Positions 21,641 through 30,857 of a DNA stretch of 64,000 nt are shown here, piece after piece (position 1 is the first letter of the stretch; every line of letters begins with the position of its first letter). The stretch covers positions 608,001 to 672,000 of the forward strand of contig CAXXWX010000026.1 in NCBI GenBank assembly GCA_963675745.2, written 5' to 3'. The notes under the pieces were generated by a model. It saw nothing but the letters and a program-made list of their open reading frames with translations, did not search any database and was not told the DNA's origin. The position numbers and the translations under genes were made by a program. The stretch comes from Phycisphaerae bacterium. GTDB lineage: Bacteria > Planctomycetota > Phycisphaerae > UBA1845 > Fen-1342.

Positions 21641-21800
21641 CGCCGACGGCCTGCGAGGCGCAGGCCGCTACACACGCGCAGGCCGCTACACGCGCAGGCC
21701 GCTGCGCGCGGGTGCCCCACCTCTTGAGGTGGGGATCCCGACTGATCGGAACGCGCGTATGACCCGCGACTCCACGGCCAACGAGGGCGTTGGCCGCTAC
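21641..21800. repeat. Cluster of REP-like palindromes (GTAG-type and GGGTGCCCCA-type)
   Basis: cgccgacggcctgcgaggcgcaggccgctaca plus two half copies; gggtgccccacctcttgaggtgggg; acggccaacgagggcgttggccgctac. Confidence 0.75.
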
Positions 21801-21807
21801 TTGGCAG

Positions 21808-23495
21808 TTACGCTTTTGTGACGCGCAACACCTCTTCCACAGTGGTAACGCCCTGCCGCGCCAGCAGCCAGCCTTCAGTTCACGCAACAGGCGCATACCG
21901 TCGCGCCGAGCGATCGGCTGGAGCTGCGATGCGGACTGCCGTTGCACGACGCGTTCGCGCAGCTCGTCGCTCATCAGGAACAGCTCGAACATCGCCTGCC
22001 GGCCGCTGTAGCCCGTTTCGCGACAACCCTTGCAGCCCGCCACGTGCACCAGTTTCTCGCCGCGCTTGTAACCCATATCCTCGGGCAGCGCATTCGGGTG
22101 GTCCGGCACGCGCTGCTCGGCGCAGAACTTGCACGCCCGCCGTACCAGCCGCTGGGCCAGCACACACTCGATCGAGCTGGCCACCAGGAACGGCTCGACC
22201 CCCATGTCCAGCAGGCGGGTTGTCGCCGAGACGGCGTCATTGGTGTGCAGGGTGCTGAATACCAGGTGACCGGTCAATGACGCGTTGATGGCCACCTGTG
22301 CCGTCTCGAGGTCGCGAATTTCGCCGACGAGGATCACGTCGGGGTCATGCCGCAGGAAGGAGCGTAGCGCCGAGGCGAAGGTTAGTCCGATCCGCGGCGC
22401 GACTTGTACCTGGTTAATGCCCTCGAAGTTGTACTCGACCGGGTCTTCGACGGTCAGGATTTTGAGCGTTTCACTGACGATTGTGTTGAGGGCCGCGTAT
22501 AGCGTCGTGGTCTTGCCGGACCCAGTCGGTCCGGTGACGAGGACAATGCCGTTCGGTTGCCGGATGACCCGATCGAAGTCCTTGAATGTGTCCGCCTGCA
22601 TCCCCAGGCTTTCCAGCGTCATGCGGATGGCGGTCTTGTCCAGAATTCGCAATACCGCACCTTCGCCGAACGTCATCGGCAGGATGCTCACACGCAGGTC
22701 GATCTCGCGGCCCTTGGCCTTGATCTTGAACCCGCCGTCCTGGGGCAGGCGTTTTTCGGCGATGTTCAGGCCGGAGAGGATCTTCACGCGGCTGATGACG
22801 GCGTTCTGGAAGCGACGGATTCCGGGCGGCACGTTGGCGTTGCAGAGCATGCCGTCAACGCGATAGCGGACGCAGAAGTCGGTCTCGAACGGCTCAAAGT
22901 GAATATCGCTGGCCCGCTCGTTGAGCGCCTCCATGAGAATCTCGTTGACCAGCTTGATAACCGAGGCTTCCTGGGCGAGCTGGACGTCAAGATCGGTCGA
23001 GTCGACGTGCTCTTCGTCGATGACCTCGAGCCCGTCATCGGCCGTGTCCAGCACCATCTCGTTGATTACGTCGCCACCGACGCCGTAGAACGCCTTGATC
23101 AGCGCGTTTATCTCGGTGCTGGTCGCAAGAACCGGCTCGACGGGGATGTCGATGACGGTCTGGACGTCGTCGAGCGCGTACATGTTGTACGGGTCGGACG
23201 TGGCCACGCGTATCCCGCGGCCGTTGCGCGCCACCGGCATCAGCCCATACTTGTGAACGAGCCGGCTGGGCACTACGCCGAGCAGGTCGCGGTCGATATC
23301 GTCCTCGTTCAACGCGATCAGCGGGATGGCGAATTGCTCGCTGAGCACTTTGAGCACATCGTGCTCGCTGACGAGCCCCTTGCGGATCAGCACATGGTCG
23401 ATCCGTTCGGCCGCTGAGCTGCGCGCGGCGACGGCCTCATCGAGCTGCTCCTGCGAGATGAGGCCCTTGGCGATAAGTGCTTTTCCGACAGGCAT
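21808..23495 (-). CDS. pilB: Type IV pilus / T2SS assembly ATPase PilB/GspE; frameshift at ~21878, true stop probably 21808
   Basis: ASDIHFEP, RLPQDG, GPTGSGKTTTLY, TVEDPVE, LRHDPDVILVGEIRD, TLHTN; the shifted frame gives EGWLLARQGVTTVEEVLRVTKA*. Confidence 0.88.
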
Positions 23496-23692
23496 TTGTA
23501 TCGCGTCCTCTTCGTGCCGCCCTCTTGGGCCGGGCCATCAAACGGCGCACGTTCCCCCAGCCGGCTTATACACACCGGCTGAGCCCCGGTTGCAGCCCAA
23601 CATTGTAAGCCGAAGCGCCCCAGACGCCAGACCACCCCCAGCCAACACAGCGGCCAAAGCCCCCTCACCCCTATGGCTGTTTCTGTGCCGTT

Positions 23693-23805
23693 GTTGCTTG
23701 GTTGCCTTGTTGCCTGGTTGCCTCGTTGCCTTGTTGCCTCTGTTGCCTCTGCCCCCTCGTGGCCTAAGGCCTATGGCCTCGTGGCCTCTTTCCCCTCGTG
23801 GCCTT
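23693..23805. repeat. Octamer tandem repeat GTTGCCTN (~7 units) followed by TGGCCT-type units
   Basis: gttgcttggttgccttgttgcctggttgcctcgttgccttgttgcctctgttgcctc. Confidence 0.7.
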
Positions 23806-23927
23806 TTTCCCCCTCCCCCCCGTTAACCCGCGCGCCAAACGACGTTCGCCAACAGTGTGCAAGACAACAGGCACGAGGAAGCTGGCACAGCGAACGGTTC
23901 GGGACAGTCTGACAGGAGAGATATGAC

Positions 23928-25487
23928 ATGTATCGAAGGAAGCGGACAGTTGCGGTGATTCTCAGTCTGGCAATGGGCTCCGTGCTCGCGCTGGCTCAGC
24001 CAGTGGATCTGCTGGAGACGATCACGCTGCCGGCGGATGATGCTGACGGCGTCTGGACCACGACCGTGCTGGACACGGGCGTAAGGTACTGGATTCGGGC
24101 AGAGGGTGTGTACACACACGCTCTGGCCGGACAGATGGCGGATGCGGAGTGGGATCAGTACGCGCCGGGCGGGGCCTGGACCGAGGCTTCGTACTCCCCT
24201 GTCGAGCATGATTTGATGCTGGATGGTGTCGAGGGAGATTGGTGGGGCTCAGCCGCAACGGGTGATCCAGCGGCGGAAATCCGCACGTACGACCCGCATT
24301 ACTTCAGCGCGGCTGCACACTCGTACTGGCGTGCGTATATCGGCGTGGGCGGTCCTATGCACCTGCAAATCCAGGACGTGGACCATTCCGACAACAGCGG
24401 CGCGCTCACCATCGAGATCTGGTCGGGGGGGCCAGGGCCAATCTACTATCCGGATGAGATTCTCGTCGCGTCCGTCGCGGAGGATGCGGTAGTCGTCGTA
24501 GAACCCGCCTCTGGCGCTCAACGTGTTCTCGCAGAGTTGACGGGCGTAGCGCCGGATTTCACGCCCACCGATGTTAGTATCGCTCGCAACAAGGACATAC
24601 TGGTTGTGGCTTTCGATCCCCACATTCCAGGCGAAAGCGACGGTGCGGTGTTTCGCGTCGACTACCTCACCGGAGCGATCACAACGGTTGTACCCCCCGG
24701 TACGGTGCTGGTGAAGCCGTTCGGGATTACGCGTGACATTGATGGGACGTTTCTCGTTACGGACCAGAATTTCTCGGTCGACTGGGGCGCGATCTATCGT
24801 GTGGATGCGGAAACTTGCAATGTCTGGGCTTACTACGCCGGACCGCCGCTGGACGATCCCGGCGGCATCACGGTGTACGCAAACGGCGATGTTTTTACGT
24901 CAGACGTCACGGCCGGGCTGGTCTGCAAATGGCCACCGTTCCCGGCGGAAGAGTGCAGCGCCCCTGATGGCGGAACGCCCTACGCCATCGATCTGCTGTC
25001 CAGCGGGGACGCCGCGGTGGCGCATTCCAGCTACGCGGGTGGATCAGTCTGCATCATACCACGCCAATCCTGGGACGGTGACAGCGGGACATGTGCAGCC
25101 GTCGTACACTCCTCGGGTGGTCTGCTCAGCTATCCCACCGGCATCGCCGTAGACCGTGCCGGCGACATGATTGTCTCGTGTTACCACAGCGCGTCGCTGG
25201 TGCGCGTCGATGCGGAGACCGGCACCCAGGAAACAATTGCCACAGGTGACCTTCTCGGCAACCCACGCGGGCTGGAAGTTGCCTACCGACGGTTCTTCGC
25301 CGGTGACTTGAATTGCGACGGACTGATCAACAACGCCGACATCGATCCTTTCGTTCTCGCGCTCACGGGGTTGCCGCAATACGCGCTGTCTTGGCCTAAC
25401 TGCAACCATGACTTGGCCGACCTAAACGGCGATGGGCTGATCAACAATGGCGATATCGATGCCTTCATAGGCGTCCTCGCGCAGTGA
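23928..25487 (+). CDS. Secreted NHL/SMP-30-like beta-propeller protein with dockerin-like C-terminus
   Basis: SD AGGAG, signal peptide, repeats PFGITRDIDG / PGGITVYANG / PTGIAVDRAG; GDLNCDGLINNADIDPFV. Confidence 0.75.
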   Translation: MYRRKRTVAVILSLAMGSVLALAQPVDLLETITLPADDADGVWTTTVLDTGVRYWIRAEGVYTHALAGQMADAEWDQYAPGGAWTEASYSPVEHDLMLDGVEGDWWGSAATGDPAAEIRTYDPHYFSAAAHSYWRAYIGVGGPMHLQIQDVDHSDNSGALTIEIWSGGPGPIYYPDEILVASVAEDAVVVVEPASGAQRVLAELTGVAPDFTPTDVSIARNKDILVVAFDPHIPGESDGAVFRVDYLTGAITTVVPPGTVLVKPFGITRDIDGTFLVTDQNFSVDWGAIYRVDAETCNVWAYYAGPPLDDPGGITVYANGDVFTSDVTAGLVCKWPPFPAEECSAPDGGTPYAIDLLSSGDAAVAHSSYAGGSVCIIPRQSWDGDSGTCAAVVHSSGGLLSYPTGIAVDRAGDMIVSCYHSASLVRVDAETGTQETIATGDLLGNPRGLEVAYRRFFAGDLNCDGLINNADIDPFVLALTGLPQYALSWPNCNHDLADLNGDGLINNGDIDAFIGVLAQ

Positions 25488-25771
25488 GCCGCCGTGCGTG
25501 GCTGGTCGGCGGGCGTGTAGCTGGCCAGTCACTGCGATACGTACTCGCCGCGCGCGGCGCGTTGTATAGTCTTGCGTATTAGGCACGTGCGGATACCGGC
25601 CACTCGCGACGTCCCTTTCTCTCGGGTTTCGCATTCGCCCTGATTGGCGGCCCAACAAAGGTCAGAAGCATGAGTGTCGCACTTGCACAAGTGACAAGGT
25701 AGTCAATGGTGGCGAGCCTGATCGCGCTTGCCCGGTCCGAACAACGCGCGCTCGGGCCGCGTAACGTTGAG

Positions 25772-28102
25772 CTATGAGCCGCCTGTGCTCGGGATCACTC
25801 GCCGCCACCAACGTCGCCATTGTTCAGAGTCTGCGTACTCACTTGCGACATTGTGGGCCGGCGCCAGGCGACACAGGTTGAGATCCCTGTCGACAATCAC
25901 CGCGGGAACGGGAAACACGGTGCGTTCACCGTTGGCACTCTGGTCGCTCGTCACGAGGAAGCTCACTTGGATCAGCAAATCCGAATCAGATTCGGAATGT
26001 CGCGGCGTGAGTCTTATGTGGTCAATCTTCCACTTGCAGGTTGACCGTGCGATCACTTGGCCATCACCGTCTGAGGGTCGTAACCCAACGGAGCGCACAC
26101 CGTAGCCGCCAGGCTGATCCAGGAATGCGTATGCCTTGGGCGCGGCACCGGTTTGTTCTGAGAGCGTCCCCATAGCGGGGGGCGCGACGCCAGCAAGCTG
26201 GCGTGGATCGAGCACCATCAACGCCGGTACCCAGTCCCAGTGCGCCTCGGTCGCCTCGTCGAGCAACGACTGCTCAGTGGCTTTGTCCAGCAGGTTATTC
26301 CAGCCCCAGGCCAGGACACCAGGCTGTCCATCGCCTAGCAGATTGGGCAGGATACGCAAGCCTGTGATGTGGCCGGGATGCCAGAACGTCTGCTGGACTC
26401 GTCCGGTCAGAGGATCGATCAGCGATATGCGAGCCGGGTAGTAATCAGCATCCTGAGCCACCACGAGCAGTTCATCGCCGGGTGCATCGTCGAGATTACC
26501 GGCGACCACCTGCCTCACGTGCCACCAGCGCGCACGCGAGTCGCAACCCGGCCAATCCCATTCGGGATGCAGCGCTGTTCGCCAGAGCTCCCTTGCGTCT
26601 TGGCTGAATCCGAGGAGCACGGCGCCAGCATCATTCACAGGTGCGCGCAGTCCGACGACTACCACGCCGCGCGACGCTGCATGCACCGCTTCGGCGCAAA
26701 CCAGCGGCTGGTCGCCGAACTCATCGAAAGAACGGAAGGTGTGCCACTCCGTTTCGTTAGCCTTCCGAATCTGCACTACATTCCCCAACTCAGCGTCGAT
26801 TCGGGCTGCTGTAATGTCAAACGCCGTTGTCCAGACGGATGACCAAATGAACATCACAACGCCAACGGCGGCCAGCGCAACGACCGCCGCCGCGCCGTAC
26901 GACCGCTTGCGTCGAATGGTGAGACGGCAGATCGGGTTCGCAGATTGCATCAGGTGGAGCACGGCGTTGCAGTTTGGTGGACGGTCCCGGCGACCTTTCG
27001 CCATAAGTCGGCCGGCAATGATCGCCAACCGTGGATCAACACGACTCTGGAAACTACGCGGATCCTTCGGCTCCTCGTGCAGTATCCGATGTATCACCGC
27101 ACTCGGCGTTTCCGCTCGGAACGGCGTGTGCCCCGTCAGCATTTCGTACAGCACCACGCCCGCCGAATAGAGGTCGGTGCGGTGATCGATGTCCTCGTCG
27201 CCGCGGGCCTGCTCGGGTGACATGTATTCCGGCGTGCCCATGATGCCGTCGCCGGTGGTCAGCCGGGTCTGCGCGGTCAGCATGCGTGCCAGGCCGAAGT
27301 CGGCGAGTTTTATCAGAGGCAGGGAACGGGGAACGGGGAACGGGGAACGGGTTGCGCCGTCACTGGACGCCTTTTCCGATCGCGCAGCCTCTGTTCCCTG
27401 TTCCCCGTTCCCCGTTCCCTGATCCCTGCTTTCCACCAACACATTCGCCGATTTCACGTCCCGGTGAATCAGCCCCGCCGCGTGGGCCGCGGCCAGCGCT
27501 TCCAGCAGTTGGCGAAATACGGCGCGCGTCGCGTCGGCGTCGAGCGGGCCGTGTTCGCGAATCAGGTCGGCGAGTGTGCCACCGGTCACGTACTCCATCG
27601 CTATGTAGTGCGTGTCACGCTCGCGCCCGATCGCGTGGACCGTGACGATGTTCGGATGGTGCAGAGCCGCCGCCGCTTTGGCCTCGCGTTCAAACCGCTG
27701 GACGGCGGCCGAATCATCAGCGAGATCGGGGCGCAGCAGCTTGAGCGCGACGGTGCGGTTCAGGCTCTCCTCATACGCCTTGAGCACGATGCCCATGCCG
27801 CCGCGCCCGAGCGTACCGGTGATCTTGTAGGCTCCGAATTCGGCCAGATAACGCCCATCGGCGCACGGCGACAGGACGCGCTGCCGCAACAGCGACTCGA
27901 TCCGCCCGTCATCCGGTTCCAGCTCGACAAGCAGCGCCAGATGTTCGCGCAGTTCGTCGGCAATGTCGGCGTGTTCGGCAAGCAGGGCCTGTTCCGACAC
28001 ATCCTCGCCGCGCGCACGGCGGTCGAGATATGCGTTCAGTACCTGTCCGACGCGCGCGTCGCGAGCGTCGGCGGTAAGTTGCGTTTCGCTTGAGCCGGCC
28101 AC
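25772..28102 (-). CDS. Hanks-type Ser/Thr protein kinase with one TM helix and an extracytoplasmic FG-GAP-like domain
   Basis: LGRGGMGIV, VALK, HRDVKSANV, DFGLA, GTPEYMSPEQ, DLYSAG; TM AAAVVALAAVGVVMFIW. Confidence 0.93.
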   Translation of the reverse strand: MAGSSETQLTADARDARVGQVLNAYLDRRARGEDVSEQALLAEHADIADELREHLALLVELEPDDGRIESLLRQRVLSPCADGRYLAEFGAYKITGTLGRGGMGIVLKAYEESLNRTVALKLLRPDLADDSAAVQRFEREAKAAAALHHPNIVTVHAIGRERDTHYIAMEYVTGGTLADLIREHGPLDADATRAVFRQLLEALAAAHAAGLIHRDVKSANVLVESRDQGTGNGEQGTEAARSEKASSDGATRSPFPVPRSLPLIKLADFGLARMLTAQTRLTTGDGIMGTPEYMSPEQARGDEDIDHRTDLYSAGVVLYEMLTGHTPFRAETPSAVIHRILHEEPKDPRSFQSRVDPRLAIIAGRLMAKGRRDRPPNCNAVLHLMQSANPICRLTIRRKRSYGAAAVVALAAVGVVMFIWSSVWTTAFDITAARIDAELGNVVQIRKANETEWHTFRSFDEFGDQPLVCAEAVHAASRGVVVVGLRAPVNDAGAVLLGFSQDARELWRTALHPEWDWPGCDSRARWWHVRQVVAGNLDDAPGDELLVVAQDADYYPARISLIDPLTGRVQQTFWHPGHITGLRILPNLLGDGQPGVLAWGWNNLLDKATEQSLLDEATEAHWDWVPALMVLDPRQLAGVAPPAMGTLSEQTGAAPKAYAFLDQPGGYGVRSVGLRPSDGDGQVIARSTCKWKIDHIRLTPRHSESDSDLLIQVSFLVTSDQSANGERTVFPVPAVIVDRDLNLCRLAPAHNVASEYADSEQWRRWWRRVIPSTGGS
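27318..27429. repeat. Inverted heptamer repeat element inserted in frame within the kinase gene
   Basis: agggaacggggaacggggaacggggaacgg (27321-27350) ... ctgttccctgttccccgttccccgttccctgatccctg (27391-27428). Confidence 0.8.
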
Positions 28103-28296
28103 CCATACCCCAATACGATTGGCGCCCGATCAGACTCGTCAGTCCCTGAACCACCAGCCTAGCCTCGTCTGCCCGGTGATCCAAGCGCGAATCCGCTATT
28201 ACGCCAAGCGCCGGTGCGCGGTTGGCGAGCGCAAGCGGCCGGCGTGGCATTGAGGCCCGCGTCGGGACGTTGCCCGCTCGGATATATCTCGACGGC

Positions 28297-30177
28297 TCAG
28301 TCCGCCGGCGGCTTTTCCTCGAGCACGATGTTGTTGTATTCGAGCAGCGTGCCCTTGGCGCGCTCCAGGTCGATGATGCCGGTGTTGTAGGAGATCAGTA
28401 CCTGGAGCAGTCTGGTGCGGCTGCTGGAAAGCTGCTCGACGGCGCTCAACTCGGTTTCGAGGAAGCTGGGATTGATCGACGTCGCGCGTGCCTGGAGCGA
28501 GCGCAGATTGCGTTCGCTGGACTGGACGGCGCCGAGCTGCTCGGGCAGCTGGGCATAGCGCACGATGATCGAGCGCACGCTCGAATTAACCTCCTGCACC
28601 ACGCCGTCCATGATCTGCTCGAGCTGCACGGTCGCCTGAGATTCCTGCAAACGCTGGCTGCGCAGCGCGGCTTGCCGCGCACGGTTCCCGAACGGGTACG
28701 AGAACTGCACACCAACACCATATGAGATGAAATCGTTCTGGGACATGCGATCCCAGGCGTTGTCGGCGCTGGCCGCCGCGCCGTGCACGTCATAGCTGAA
28801 CGTCAGGTCCAGTTGCGGTAGCGTCTGGTTTTTGGCGGCCGCGGTCGAGATGCGCAGGGCCTCGATGCCCAGACGGGCCTGTCTGATTTCGCTGCGTTTC
28901 TCCAGAGCCGTCCGCACCTCGGCAAACTGGTCGAGCGTCAGGGGCGTCGCGAGGGGGATATCAGTCGGGATGATTTCGATGTCTTCCGAGAGCTTCAGCT
29001 CGGGATCGTTGATGAGGTTCTTAAGGGCTTCCTCGGCATCCTTCAGTATCCGCACAGACTCGAGAAACTCAACATAGCGAATCTGGTAGCGCGCCTCGGA
29101 GTTGGCGATCTCAACCGGCGTGACGTCGTGCTCGCGGCGCTCGTATATGTCTTCCTTCGTGACCCAGTTCTGCGCGACGGACTCGGCCAGGATCGCCAGA
29201 TTGCGCCGCGCCTGCACCAGGCTCCAGTAGGCCGTTTCCAGGGCCTGCAACTGGTCGCGTACCTCGGCGACGAATTGCCAATACGAGACCTTGCGGTTGG
29301 TACGCGCGATCTCGATCTGCGATCGGTTCACCTGCAGCCCGAAGCCGCGCAGCAATGGCTGTCGCAGCTCGGCCGTGAAGTGCACGCCATAGGACGGGTT
29401 GGTGCCCTTGGGCAAGTCGGGTGAATCGATGCCGGTGCGTGAGTAGTTCATGCCGACCTGGGCGGACATACCGGTCGCCAGCAGCTTGCGAATCCCGCCG
29501 CCAAGCGTGCGCGAATCGACCTGCTCGGTCCCGGAGCGCACAATCGCGTCGGCGTCCTGCTGCTGATAGCCGGCATCGAGGAAGAACTCGGCGTCAAATG
29601 CGGCTTCAGCCTCGACAAGTTGCGCGGCACGGATCGCCGGGTTATAGCCGTGAATGCGGATTGTGTAATTGTGGCGCATGGCCCGCTCGACGCAGTCCGC
29701 GAGACTGAGCCTGATCTGCCGCGGCCGCCGGCAGCTTTCGAGATACTGCTCGGCCCTGGCGATAACCTTCTTGTAGCTCTCGACAACGCGTGACTCGGCG
29801 GTCAACACGCCCAGGGCGTCCAGACGCCTGTTAAACGTACTCGCGGCTTCAGTCGGATCGGGGATGGCGGCGAGAAGCTCTTCGGCGGTGGGCTGCTGGC
29901 CGGCGGTCGCGCCGACAGGTAGCGCCAGGCGCGGCTGCAAACCGGCACTATCATCGGCCGGCTGCACCAGCGGCTCGCCCTGCTGCATCTGGTGAATCCG
30001 CCGCGCCACCTGCGCGGATGTTGCGCCCGGCGCGTTGTCGGCTTCGTCGGAGTGCCGGGCAAGCATGCGCTCGCGGTACGCGCTGATTGGACCGTCGGTA
30101 TCGGCCTGGTCTCCGTAGCAACCGTTGAGCACGACGAGGCCAAAGGCGATCGCGCCGTATGCGAGGATTCTCCCCAT
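28297..30177 (-). CDS. TolC-family outer membrane efflux protein with lipoprotein signal
   Basis: MGRILAYGAIAFGLVVLNGC lipobox; LSLADCVERAMRHN, QPLLRGFG, AYWSL, LPQLDL, YPFGNR motifs. Confidence 0.85.
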   Translation of the reverse strand: MGRILAYGAIAFGLVVLNGCYGDQADTDGPISAYRERMLARHSDEADNAPGATSAQVARRIHQMQQGEPLVQPADDSAGLQPRLALPVGATAGQQPTAEELLAAIPDPTEAASTFNRRLDALGVLTAESRVVESYKKVIARAEQYLESCRRPRQIRLSLADCVERAMRHNYTIRIHGYNPAIRAAQLVEAEAAFDAEFFLDAGYQQQDADAIVRSGTEQVDSRTLGGGIRKLLATGMSAQVGMNYSRTGIDSPDLPKGTNPSYGVHFTAELRQPLLRGFGLQVNRSQIEIARTNRKVSYWQFVAEVRDQLQALETAYWSLVQARRNLAILAESVAQNWVTKEDIYERREHDVTPVEIANSEARYQIRYVEFLESVRILKDAEEALKNLINDPELKLSEDIEIIPTDIPLATPLTLDQFAEVRTALEKRSEIRQARLGIEALRISTAAAKNQTLPQLDLTFSYDVHGAAASADNAWDRMSQNDFISYGVGVQFSYPFGNRARQAALRSQRLQESQATVQLEQIMDGVVQEVNSSVRSIIVRYAQLPEQLGAVQSSERNLRSLQARATSINPSFLETELSAVEQLSSSRTRLLQVLISYNTGIIDLERAKGTLLEYNNIVLEEKPPAD

Positions 30178-30857
30178 GATCGTGTACCTGCCTTGGAAGT
30201 CTGATTGAAGGGACACTCTTGAACGGGACGTCGCGGCGCGCGACGGCGTGACAGCAAAGCTACGCTCGCGATCACATTGGCGCCACGGCTCGACCTGTGC
30301 GCCGGCGCAGCAAAATCGCGCGCCCAAAACCGATGCACTCCTGAACAGCATGCGCGGCATAGTAGGTGGCGCAAAAACGAGTGTCAAACCGCGGAGGGCC
30401 TTTGCGCCGGCGTCGCGCGTCAGGCAAGGCGCAAGATCAGCGCAAAAAAGTGGGCCGGCGGTCGGGACGTGTGGGGGGGGACACGTGCACCAACACAGAC
30501 CGGCCCGGGGCTCGGTTGCAGAATATCGTACACCTGGAAATGTACGATGACATGCTCCGATACGCAAGCCCGCAGCGCCGAATTTTACGTATTCTAGATT
30601 CTTCAAAGACTGCAATTGTCGGCATTGGCGATGGCTGCACCCAGAGGCTCACGGACGCAGCAACACTACGGATCGTCCAGCATTTGCACGCCGCCCCATC
30701 CGTTGATTATGGGGCTTTCAGCTTGCTCGTGAGTGGGCGGCGTCCCCGCTCACGCCGCCTAATTCACCACTCACCTCCGCCTGGTCGATGAGCGGCACGG
30801 AACCGATTTGCGCCCGGCGCGGCCAACGCGCCGAACCAGGAATGGCATTGAGATGCT

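Noticed and set aside
21633..21807. C-terminal extension of PilB in the ORF track
   Set aside because: Caused by the frameshift at ~21878; the canonical C-terminus in another frame stops at 21808 and the extension runs through REP elements.
30178..30615. N-terminal extension of the TolC ORF (similarly 34567-34815, 43385-43612, 48687-49007)
   Set aside because: Signal peptides or family N-termini begin at downstream ATGs; the extensions look non-coding.
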